Assembly (NCBI GenBank): GCA_964591175.1 | Contig: CAZQAF010000011.1 | Span: forward strand, 3,208 to 67,207 | Length of the DNA: 64,000 bases | Reading direction: 5' to 3' | Origin: an uncultured Desulfobacteraceae bacterium | GTDB taxonomy: Bacteria; Desulfobacterota; Desulfobacteria; Desulfobacterales; UBA11574 | Part shown: piece by piece, positions 24,219 through 32,805 of the stretch | Layout of the letters: each line of letters opens with the position of its first letter | Position numbering within the stretch: position 1 is the stretch's first letter | Translations under genes and position numbers: made by a program | Notes under the pieces: generated by a model | What the model was told of the DNA's origin: nothing | The model's input: only the letters and a program-made list of their open reading frames with translations | Database searches by the model: none

Positions 24219-25664
24219 ATGCGATTCATAAAGCGCGTAAAAAATAAAGATATCGAAAAACACAACAAAAAAAATGATCTTGGTATCTCTGAACTGGAAC
24301 TTTACAGGCGCCTGGAGGAAAAAGGCTGCCCGGTGTGCAGTGTACTCGAACACCATGACCGGCAATATTTTTCCTGGTTTTCCATTGAAAAGTACCATAT
24401 GCCGGCGTTTCTTGAATCTCTGACGCATGCACTTGGATTCTGTGCGAACCATGGCGCATACCTGGATCGACAGAATCATTGGGCGTCACAAATCACCGCC
24501 GTTCACCGGTATACGGTTTCACGAGTCAATATGCGGATGGCCGCTGGTCTGTCTGAAAGAAAAAATGATTTAAGGCGGATATTTAAAGATCGGACACCCT
24601 GTCCGGTTTGTGCATCCTATGGAGAAACGTCGGAAAGGACCCTTTGGTTTTTTAAAAAGATGATAGAAGAAAAAGAGGGCCTGAATAAATACGGCTATCC
24701 GGGCATACTCTGTTTTCCTCATTTTAAAAGTCTCACCGACAGCGCCTCGCCAAAAGTGTTTGCCAGGCTGCTTTCAAGTCATGAATCGACGATGTTGTCG
24801 ACCACCAAAGAACTGGAATCAATTAGACATCAGGAAATGAAACTTGCGGCGGAATCAGAACAGATCCGGCATGCATTAAACCTGACCGTAGGCCGCGAAC
24901 AGAATCCCGGCAATCCCCTTCTCCTGTCCAGGATTTACAAACTATCTGAAAACCGGGACCCTCTTGCAGATTTTATCTCATCGTTAAAGGAAAATACCGG
25001 CTGCCCGATTTGTCTGAACATTTATCATTCCTTGAGCCAATGGATCTGCTGGCTCGACAAAAATATCATTTCTGCAGACAACTTCGACGCCGTGAGCGAT
25101 GTTTTGCCGACTTGCAATGCACATGTCTGGTCATGCATCCGTCTGGGAAATTCTGCGCTCCAATTTGCCGCCGCATTTGCTGCGTTTCGAGCCGTTCAAG
25201 AAAAAGTCAATAATGCCGCCCGTCACTTGAAACAAGTGAGAAAACCCCGGAAACAAGGGAAAAAGGAAATGCAAAACAATCAAGGCATTATAAAAGTCGA
25301 CCCGAAAAAAACCATCACGGGCCCCATCTATTGCCCCCTATGCAGCCGGATGGATTCGGCCAAAAACCGGGCGCTGAAATTGCTTTTTGCTTTGCTTCAA
25401 GAGCGTCGATACCGTATAGATTTTGAAAATGGCCATGGATTATGCCTCAAACATCTCGCCGACGCACTCGACATGCAGCCTTCAAATGAAATTGCCGGAT
25501 TTTTAATCCGGGTTGAATCCGCCAAGCTGGCGCTTTTAGAATGGGAGCTCGAAGAAGCCATGAGAAAAACGGCCTGGACAGCCCGCCCGGAAATTAAAGG
25601 AAGCGAACAATCAGCCTGGCACCGGGCCCTTGCAAGATTTTCCGGCTTGCCGATATCCGAATAA
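24219..25664 (+). CDS. Uncharacterised protein with four CPxC...C-x2-H modules (DUF6062-like repeats, from memory)
   Basis: Modules CPVC...FCANH, CPVC...CFPHF, CPIC...CNAHVW, CPLC...CLKHL. Start placed at ATG 24219 because the ORF-track start (23982) lies upstream of a terminator. Confidence 0.65.
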   Translation: MRFIKRVKNKDIEKHNKKNDLGISELELYRRLEEKGCPVCSVLEHHDRQYFSWFSIEKYHMPAFLESLTHALGFCANHGAYLDRQNHWASQITAVHRYTVSRVNMRMAAGLSERKNDLRRIFKDRTPCPVCASYGETSERTLWFFKKMIEEKEGLNKYGYPGILCFPHFKSLTDSASPKVFARLLSSHESTMLSTTKELESIRHQEMKLAAESEQIRHALNLTVGREQNPGNPLLLSRIYKLSENRDPLADFISSLKENTGCPICLNIYHSLSQWICWLDKNIISADNFDAVSDVLPTCNAHVWSCIRLGNSALQFAAAFAAFRAVQEKVNNAARHLKQVRKPRKQGKKEMQNNQGIIKVDPKKTITGPIYCPLCSRMDSAKNRALKLLFALLQERRYRIDFENGHGLCLKHLADALDMQPSNEIAGFLIRVESAKLALLEWELEEAMRKTAWTARPEIKGSEQSAWHRALARFSGLPISE

Positions 25665-25681
25665 ATCAGGAGCACAACGAA

Positions 25682-26968
25682 TTGGAAAAACAATCAACGG
25701 CAACAGGGAAATGGCTGAATCGCAATATTTTAGGGTTTGCCCTGACCAGCTTTTTAAGCGATTTTTGTCATGAAATGGCCACAGCGGTGCTGCCTCAATT
25801 CATACAGACGATCGGCGTTTCGGCTGCGGCCTTGGGATTTATCGAAGGGGCTGCGGATGCCATTTCCAGCTTTTCCAAGCTCGGCGTGGGTTATTGGGGA
25901 GATAAAACCGGAAACCGCAAGAACTTGACGGTGATCGGATATGCATTGACCGGATTTTCCAAGGCGGTTTTTGCCTTTGCTTTTGCATGGCCGCTGCTGC
26001 TGGCCGGCAGGATTGTCGGGTGGCTCGGGCGCGGCATAAGGAGCCCCCTCAGGGATGCCATGCTTGCGGACTCGGTAACGGAGAAAAACCGCGCCAAAGC
26101 GTTTGGTTTTCACAGGGCCGGGGATACGGCCGGCGCTGTTGCAGGACCGCTTGTCGCCTTCTTGCTTTTGAGTTTAATCACTTCTCATCCCGAAATCGCT
26201 CAACTTCCGGAACATCTTTTCCCGTTTCTATCAAGCGCGGCAGGTAAAAATTTCAGAGTTATCTTTCTTCTGACACTGGTACCCGGAATACTCTCCGTAG
26301 CCTCCATGGCATTTCTGGTCAAGGAAAAGCGCCGATCACCCAATCACGGGCTCAGGTTTACCGGAGTGATGAGTGCGATGCCGAAGCAGTATCGCATATT
26401 TCTTCTCGCTGTAGGCGTTTTCGGAATGGCCGATTTTGCCCCGACCTTGATGATTCTTCGGGCGACGACGGTCCTGGCCCCTGATATCGGTCTTTTGAAG
26501 GCCATGAAACTCGCCACGCTGCTATATACTTTAAGAAATATTGTTTATGCAGCGGCATCTTATCCCATAGGGGCTTTGAGCCATCGATTTTCAAGAACCC
26601 GTTATCTGGCGGCCGGGTATGCCGTCGCCGTGGTGACATTCGTCGGATTCTTTTTTGCCATATCTTCAGTGCCGTGGTTCGCACTTTGCTTTGCCCTGGC
26701 CGGTGTATTTATTGCCTGGGAGGATACCATGGAAGCGGTGGCGGTCCGAGATTATGTGGATGATTCCATTGCCGGAACAGCCTTTGGTCTTTTGGGCACC
26801 ATCAACGGCATCGGAGATTTTGCATCGAGCATTATCGTCGGTGCATTATGGACTGCCGTAAGCCCGAAATGGGGCTTTGGATATGCCGTTATCGTGGGGT
26901 TGGCCGGCACCATATTAATGGCCAAAACACCTCCGTCAACAACGGTTCAAATTATCAAGGAAAATTGA
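25682..26968 (+). CDS. MFS transporter
   Basis: 428 aa, about 12 hydrophobic segments, MFS loop motif GYWGDKTGNRK. Confidence 0.85.
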   Translation: MEKQSTATGKWLNRNILGFALTSFLSDFCHEMATAVLPQFIQTIGVSAAALGFIEGAADAISSFSKLGVGYWGDKTGNRKNLTVIGYALTGFSKAVFAFAFAWPLLLAGRIVGWLGRGIRSPLRDAMLADSVTEKNRAKAFGFHRAGDTAGAVAGPLVAFLLLSLITSHPEIAQLPEHLFPFLSSAAGKNFRVIFLLTLVPGILSVASMAFLVKEKRRSPNHGLRFTGVMSAMPKQYRIFLLAVGVFGMADFAPTLMILRATTVLAPDIGLLKAMKLATLLYTLRNIVYAAASYPIGALSHRFSRTRYLAAGYAVAVVTFVGFFFAISSVPWFALCFALAGVFIAWEDTMEAVAVRDYVDDSIAGTAFGLLGTINGIGDFASSIIVGALWTAVSPKWGFGYAVIVGLAGTILMAKTPPSTTVQIIKEN

Positions 26969-26992
26969 AAGAAAGCAAAGATATTCAATCTT

Positions 26993-28501
26993 TTATGATG
27001 AGTCCCTGTCAAACCAAATCGCCCGATACAAATCTTCGCCGTAGCTGGTTTCCAATGGCGCACCTTCCACGACTTTAAACGTGCGGGTGCCGTCGGCTCG
27101 CCTTTCGGCCCTGAGGAAAATGGCGTTTTCCATATTTTTTTCGTAAAGCGCATGGGCAAATTCATAAAGGTGCGTCACAAAGAAGACTTTGATACGCTTT
27201 TCCACCAATGCGCGAGTTATCTGCCGCGCAATTTCCGAGCCTTCTCTTTCGTTTGTCGCGGCAAATGATTCATTGAACAACAACAGGGAATTTTCCCTTA
27301 TATTGTCTGCAATAACGCTCATTCTGACAAGTTCTTCATCGAGTTTACCGCTTTCCATAGCAGCGTCCTCTTCCCGTTTATAGTGTGTGAAAAGGCCATC
27401 ACAAATATTGGAACAAAAGGACTCTGCCGGCGCAAACATCCCGCACTGCATCATCAATTGCGCCAAACCGATGCTTCGTAAAAAAGTCGATTTGCCGCCC
27501 TGGTTGGCGCCGGTGATGATGACGAGGTCTTTGTCGTCGGCGTTCACGTCGTTACCGATGATTTTTTGTTTCATGGTCAAGGCCAGGCAGACATCGTATA
27601 AGCCGTGAAAAAAATGTCTGCGTTCATCGAGGGCCGCCGGCCGGGGAAAGGATATCGGCTCGTCCATTTGATCAAGCTGTTCATATAAATTCAAACAACC
27701 GATATAAAAAGCCAGTTCGACCTGCAGCATTTTAAAAAAGTTGTCGATGTGATCAGCGGACTGGCCCAGTGCGTTGGCTGCCAGATTGATCCCTCTCGTC
27801 TTTAATTCCGACAGCGTCCTGGCGCCGGCTTCATCTCGAGGATGGATAGAAAACGTATAGACCGGTGGTTTTTTAGCCAGGACCCGCTTTATCCAACGCT
27901 GTTTTTTTCCCATGGATTTGCGAAGCATATAACCGGTGCCTTCATTGCCTTCTCCCAGTTCAGCACTGATCAAGACGCCCTCGCTAAATTTCAGCTCCCT
28001 TAGATGATCTTGAATATCTGCGAGGTATTCATCTTCCAGTTCTTTGCAAATCATTTCAAAAAACCTCGCAAATCCTTCCGACTCAAATTTATCTGCGTTT
28101 TCATCGGCGATATGCCTAAGTTTTATCAGCAGACCGACAAACATCTGCATCAGCTCTGTCGCATTGGCCAGCACCGCGCCGGGGGAAGAACTGAAAATAC
28201 TATACCAATGTTTTTTTTTGTTTTTCATCGATTCTATGGGAATCTGGTAGATGTCCCTGACTGTGGCTGAATTTTTCAGGCAATCTTTGAGAATCCTCTG
28301 GCGATACCGTATGGTTTCAAGATCGGTATTCATCCCTCCGACAACCGCTTTCTTTGCCACCTCAAATAAAAATGCATCACCAAGGGCCATGGCATTGAAA
28401 AGGGTTTCTAATTCCAGGTCTTGCATCAGTGCTTCTTCGTTGGCCGGCAATTTCTGCTGAAGGTTAAAATCACGGTCTTTATACATCAGAAAAGTTTTCA
28501 T
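26993..28501 (-). CDS. Short MutS-family ABC ATPase (domain III/V only), paralogue B
   Basis: 502 aa. Walker A ITGANQGGKSTFLRSIG, Walker-B-like LLLFNESFAATNEREG, C-terminal THLYEF. ATGA overlap with the upstream paralogue. Confidence 0.8.
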   Translation of the reverse strand: MKTFLMYKDRDFNLQQKLPANEEALMQDLELETLFNAMALGDAFLFEVAKKAVVGGMNTDLETIRYRQRILKDCLKNSATVRDIYQIPIESMKNKKKHWYSIFSSSPGAVLANATELMQMFVGLLIKLRHIADENADKFESEGFARFFEMICKELEDEYLADIQDHLRELKFSEGVLISAELGEGNEGTGYMLRKSMGKKQRWIKRVLAKKPPVYTFSIHPRDEAGARTLSELKTRGINLAANALGQSADHIDNFFKMLQVELAFYIGCLNLYEQLDQMDEPISFPRPAALDERRHFFHGLYDVCLALTMKQKIIGNDVNADDKDLVIITGANQGGKSTFLRSIGLAQLMMQCGMFAPAESFCSNICDGLFTHYKREEDAAMESGKLDEELVRMSVIADNIRENSLLLFNESFAATNEREGSEIARQITRALVEKRIKVFFVTHLYEFAHALYEKNMENAIFLRAERRADGTRTFKVVEGAPLETSYGEDLYRAIWFDRDSS

Positions 28502-30078
28502 GATATCAGTCGCTCCTTTAACCGGCCGTAAGTGACGCCATGCTTTTCGGCAATAGCGATGGCATATGCAAGACCGTCAGCCGGCCGTCTCACAATTTTA
28601 TAGGTTCTCAATGCCGGGTTTTCGGGAACAACGGTACTGACCATGCTCACGGTTTTTTCACTTAGGGATGCCAATTCATCGACAAAGGTTACAAAGACGC
28701 ACAGCAAATCCAGCTGCACGATTTCCTCCATGACCTTTTTCCCTAAAAAAACCGCGTCATTTAAAGTTGTGGAAGTGAAAATTTCATTCATGACGATAAT
28801 GCTGTTTGATGTGGCCCGGTTCAGAATATCGTAAATTCTGACCAGGTCATCCTGGAGCTTGCCTCTGAGGTTGTTGATGCTTTCTTCCTTTTCAAAATGC
28901 GTCAGCAGCTTGTCGAACATAAAGAGTCGCGCCTGTCTGCCAGGGACCGGACAGCCCAGGCCAGCCATATAATGCAACTGTCCGAAGGTGCGTGCGAAAG
29001 TGGTTTTACCGCCCTGGTTTGGTCCGGATATTACAATGATGCGTTCTTTGTCTTTCAGAAAAAAATCATTGCAGACAACGGGCGCTTTCTCTGAAATGAG
29101 CTTATCGGCCAGTGCCAGATCAAAGCCCTCATAATTATGTATATCCTTGCTTGTAACGGCGATTTGGGGGTAACAAAATTTCAATCCTGTTTGTTTGATT
29201 TTTGCGATATACTCCAGATAAGCGATGTAAAATTGTATTTCCCGGTCAAAAACGCCTATGGTTTGGTCCAGACAACTGCGGTTGTTCGCGCAATAATTAT
29301 CAAGGTTTAAAAAGATCTCGGGATATAACTTGGCGACCAAATCGAGTATACCCGCTTCGACATGGCTCATGCCGGAATTCATTGGAAGTTGCGCCCTGTA
29401 ATCTTTCACCGCTCCCTGTTTGAATCTTTCGAAGGTTTTTTCAACGTCTGCGCTGTAATCAATTTCAGATTCATATTTGCGGACCTTGATGCGGTTGCCC
29501 TTTATGATCAAACAATATTTTACAGTGGCCAAATCGGTTTTGAGTTTTTTTGTTTCCGTCATAAGTGATGTAAAGCGGCGGGACGCGGCATAGTTCGTCA
29601 TATATTCGCGAAAAGCCAAAAGACCGTACGATTTTAAATCTGCTAGATCTAAATCGTGCAGCAGGCAAGTCACTGCTTCGCAATAAATCTTTAGGGCCTC
29701 TAAAAACCATCCTTCTTGATGGTATTTGTAGTAGAGCGTATCCGCTAAGGAGAGATATCGACGCATGTTACGCATTTTTTCCGCGAATGATTTTATATGC
29801 TCAAAGAGAACCTCATTTTCAAGATCCTGCATTATTTCTTGGCGGTACCGGATCGCGCCGGCATCCTTTAAGGAAGTATAAAAGAAAGGTTTTAAATGAT
29901 ATTCCTCCTTGCCGGTGGTAATGGCGTCTATAATCTGATCGAGATTTAAATCAGCAAAAAAGACGGGCGCTTCAGGTGTTTCTTTTTTTATGTCGCTTTG
30001 GGCTTTTTCAAATAGAATGCTGTAAAAATCCATGGGATCAATATCCTTGTTGTGGCGAAGTAAAATGCCAAGACCCAT
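28498..30078 (-). CDS. Short MutS-family ABC ATPase (domain III/V only), paralogue A
   Basis: 526 aa. Walker A ISGPNQGGKTTFARTFG, Walker-B-like IIVMNEIFTSTT, THFDEL-like VTFVDEL. The real start may be the internal MDFYSILF (about 30033). Confidence 0.8.
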   Translation of the reverse strand: MGLGILLRHNKDIDPMDFYSILFEKAQSDIKKETPEAPVFFADLNLDQIIDAITTGKEEYHLKPFFYTSLKDAGAIRYRQEIMQDLENEVLFEHIKSFAEKMRNMRRYLSLADTLYYKYHQEGWFLEALKIYCEAVTCLLHDLDLADLKSYGLLAFREYMTNYAASRRFTSLMTETKKLKTDLATVKYCLIIKGNRIKVRKYESEIDYSADVEKTFERFKQGAVKDYRAQLPMNSGMSHVEAGILDLVAKLYPEIFLNLDNYCANNRSCLDQTIGVFDREIQFYIAYLEYIAKIKQTGLKFCYPQIAVTSKDIHNYEGFDLALADKLISEKAPVVCNDFFLKDKERIIVISGPNQGGKTTFARTFGQLHYMAGLGCPVPGRQARLFMFDKLLTHFEKEESINNLRGKLQDDLVRIYDILNRATSNSIIVMNEIFTSTTLNDAVFLGKKVMEEIVQLDLLCVFVTFVDELASLSEKTVSMVSTVVPENPALRTYKIVRRPADGLAYAIAIAEKHGVTYGRLKERLIS

Positions 30079-30130
30079 CCCGCATCACGGCGCAGCCGCA
30101 CGGCATCAGCCTGGCCGCTGCGAAAGGTCA

Positions 30131-30769
30131 TTATTTAATTTCCCGCTTCACAAACTCCTTCATTCCCAGAGGATAACCTCCGGTTACCTCGGCCAGCATG
30201 CGGATGTGTTTTTCAGACCAGTTAAGGCTGTTTTTTCGGGAAACATATCGAAGGAAATCAACGGCATTTTTTATGCCGAGATTTCCGAGTTTGATTAAGT
30301 GAGAAGGCATCAGGCACGCCCGTAGCTGAAACAGATCACGTTCCGGTAAAAAACCCTCTGTGATTGCAATGAAAAGGAGTTTTTTAGAAAAAGCGACCCG
30401 CTGAATAAATGCCAGTCTCTGATGGGAGAGTTCAGAAATATTGTCCAGAACGATGACAGGTTGCCTGTTGTCTTTTAATGTCAGATCGGCAATCAGAGAT
30501 CTTGCCGTTTTATATTTTATATATTTGCGACGATGTTCGGGCGGCCTTTTAGGGGATACTTTCCATAAGATTTCATTACATACCTTTGACGGCGGTTTTG
30601 AGAAATCCGTAAAGACAAACTGCCATCTTTGCTTGGTTATGTCAGATAGATGTTTGGCCAGTTCGGTTTTGCCGATGCCATATTTTCCCGTAATGACGAT
30701 ATGTTTTTTTTTCTTTAACGCATTGATGATTTCCAATATTTCTTTTTTTCGCCCGAAAAAATACATCAT
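30131..30769 (-). CDS. Small AAA/Arch-ATPase-like P-loop protein
   Basis: 212 aa. FFGRKKEILEI then Walker A ITGKYGIGKTELAK; Walker B VIVLDNISE. Confidence 0.7.
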   Translation of the reverse strand: MMYFFGRKKEILEIINALKKKKHIVITGKYGIGKTELAKHLSDITKQRWQFVFTDFSKPPSKVCNEILWKVSPKRPPEHRRKYIKYKTARSLIADLTLKDNRQPVIVLDNISELSHQRLAFIQRVAFSKKLLFIAITEGFLPERDLFQLRACLMPSHLIKLGNLGIKNAVDFLRYVSRKNSLNWSEKHIRMLAEVTGGYPLGMKEFVKREIK

Positions 30770-31030
30770 TTAAAAAAATCTTGATAAGGTGTTGATGTTT
30801 ATAGAAGCTATCTCAAAATTAGGATTTTCGGTCGAGATCAAGGCGAGGCCGAGAAGCAACCCGCAGGCATACTCAAGTATGTCGAGGACTTGATACGAGG
30901 GCTCAACGCCGATATCGGACGAAAAGACTTTTTTGAGATGGCTTCTAAAATCATTTATGCAAAAAGGTATGAACCCTATTATTTTTTTCAAGGCCGGGGG
31001 AAAATTTACCAGTCGTAAAGGATTTCCCAA
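30770..31030 (-). CDS. Hypothetical 86-aa ORF; its stop abuts the ATPase start
   Basis: TTG start without SD, overlapping the antiporter 3' end by 25 nt. Its TAA is immediately followed by the ATG of the ATPase, which itself has no SD (a coupling argument only). Confidence 0.3.
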   Translation of the reverse strand: MGNPLRLVNFPPALKKIIGFIPFCINDFRSHLKKVFSSDIGVEPSYQVLDILEYACGLLLGLALISTENPNFEIASININTLSRFF

Positions 31031-32466
31031 TAATTTTCAAAAGGCGGATCATTCTGACTGTACCGGTATGACATGGTTTTCCCGGTACCGGGACCCGAAG
31101 TGCTGTCTTCGCGCCAGTATTTGACAAAAATGCCGGGAATACGATGTGCGTTCGTCCCATCCATCCATACTTCCTTTTCTTCGATAATCTTCCAGACCGT
31201 CCCGAATTGCTTGCTCCGAACCCGTTCGCCCACACGCGGCAGCCCGTGTTTTGCCCGGAGGTCTTTGAATTTATAAGGGGACTGTTCGCCGTAATCCAAA
31301 ATCTTTTCTCCTGAAATGATAATTCCGATGGCCCCGAGCGGTGCGGTCAAAAGAATGGAGAGGACGGCAACGGCTAAGATCAGATCTCCTGAAGCCACAC
31401 CGGCGGCTAAAGGAACCGCACCGATGGCCGCCTGGACGGTGGCCTTGGGGATGTAGGATATCACGCAGAAAATCCTCTCTTTCTGGTTGAGCGGCGTCCC
31501 GATCAGACAAATGTAGGTTCCGACGCTACGGAACAAAAGCCCCACCAAAATGACGAGGGTCCCGGCAAGCCCGGCATGCCAGGCCACGTTGACATTGACC
31601 TGGGCACCGACCAGAACGAAGAGAAGCAGCTCGGCAAACACCCAGACCTTTTTAAGTTTTTGGGAAATCAGGTGAGCGACGGGTTCGGATTTTTCCAAGA
31701 TAATAAACCCGATGGCCATGACCCCTAAAAGACTGGCAATGGGCACCCATTTTTCACATTCCTTCTCCAGCCAGGTCAAGATGATGGCGACGCCTAAAAC
31801 GATCAGGGTCCGTTTGGGCGGCCGCCAGTCGTATTTGGTGAACAGACGGTATAAAAAATACCCGGGAATGACGCCCACCAAAATCCCCAGCGTAATTGAA
31901 ACCGGTATTTCTCCCAATTTGGCCCAAATATTGACCGTACCGCCGCCATACATGCCTAAAAATATCGAAAAGAGAACGATGACAAAAACATCGTCAATGG
32001 ATGACGCCGCCAGCAGCAGCGTGGGAATGCCCTTTTTGGCGCCCCGGCCCCGATCTATGAAATCAATCATCAACGGCACCACCACCGCCGGCGAAACAGC
32101 GCCTAAGATGGCACCAAGTATGGCGGCTTCCACGTAGCTGATATGCAGCCATCTCGGGGCGACCAGAATGACACCCGCGATTTCAAAAATTGCGGGAATA
32201 CAGCTCATTAAAAGGGCGGCTCGTCCCACGCGGTGCAGGGTGTCTTTATGCAGCTCAAATCCGGCGCGGAGCAAAATGACAATCAAGGCAATTTTTCGAA
32301 AATCAGCGGAAACCCTCATCATATCCGGAGCCATGAGGTTGAAGACATAGGGTCCTGCGAGGATTCCCACGATGAGCATACCCACCAAACCGGGTAATTT
32401 TACCTTCCGAAATACATAATCCGCCAGTAATCCCAAAACGATAATCAAAGAAAGACTTGCCGCCAT
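31006..32466 (-). CDS. Cation:proton antiporter (Na+/H+ exchanger family) with a roughly 90-aa soluble C-terminal extension
   Basis: 486 aa. N-terminus LIIVLGLLADYVFRKVKLPGLVGMLIVGILAGP is typical of the CPA family, with about 12 TM segments. AGGAGG lies before the ATG. Confidence 0.85.
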   Translation of the reverse strand: MAASLSLIIVLGLLADYVFRKVKLPGLVGMLIVGILAGPYVFNLMAPDMMRVSADFRKIALIVILLRAGFELHKDTLHRVGRAALLMSCIPAIFEIAGVILVAPRWLHISYVEAAILGAILGAVSPAVVVPLMIDFIDRGRGAKKGIPTLLLAASSIDDVFVIVLFSIFLGMYGGGTVNIWAKLGEIPVSITLGILVGVIPGYFLYRLFTKYDWRPPKRTLIVLGVAIILTWLEKECEKWVPIASLLGVMAIGFIILEKSEPVAHLISQKLKKVWVFAELLLFVLVGAQVNVNVAWHAGLAGTLVILVGLLFRSVGTYICLIGTPLNQKERIFCVISYIPKATVQAAIGAVPLAAGVASGDLILAVAVLSILLTAPLGAIGIIISGEKILDYGEQSPYKFKDLRAKHGLPRVGERVRSKQFGTVWKIIEEKEVWMDGTNAHRIPGIFVKYWREDSTSGPGTGKTMSYRYSQNDPPFENYWEILYDW

Positions 32467-32557
32467 CTATACCTCCTGTGAAAAATTATTTTGAACACCC
32501 TTCACGATGCATAAAAAAACCTGCTCAGACATACCGGGCAGGATCTTAAAACAGTGC

Positions 32558-32683
32558 AAAAACCCCGCCCGGTCTATCCGGATGGGGCAGAAATCTTATA
32601 ATTATACGACTTCTACCCGATTTTAGGTAGAAGTCATTAGTCTCTTAACGCTTGGTGACGATTCAGGCAGACCTCATTGCCTT
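32558..32683 (-). promoter_or_regulatory. Conserved structured 5' leader (copy 1) ending in an intrinsic terminator; candidate riboswitch/attenuator
   Basis: RNA sense: AAGGCAAUGAGGUCUGCCUGAA, then hairpin GACUUCUACC/GGUAGAAGUC, then CCCCAUCCGG-AUAGA-CCGGGCGGGG-UUUUU. A near-identical motif lies at 34618-34786. Confidence 0.5.
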
Positions 32684-32805
32684 ATATTTTTTTCAAGCCT
32701 TTAAATACGTTCTATTATTTAATGTCAAGCAAATTTCATATTCATCGCATGCCGATGGGCCTTAAACATTTTTTTAAACCATTGAGATTAACCCGGGGCT
32801 CCAGA

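Noticed and set aside
32662-32676. Conserved mini-ORFs inside the two leader motifs: AUG AGG UCU GCC UGA (MRSA) at 32676-32662, and AUG AAG UCU GCC UGA (MKSA) at 34779-34765.
   Set aside because: The only SD-like AAGG is 2 nt from the AUG, which is too close. The conservation is better explained by the hairpin AGGCA/UGCCU and its loop.
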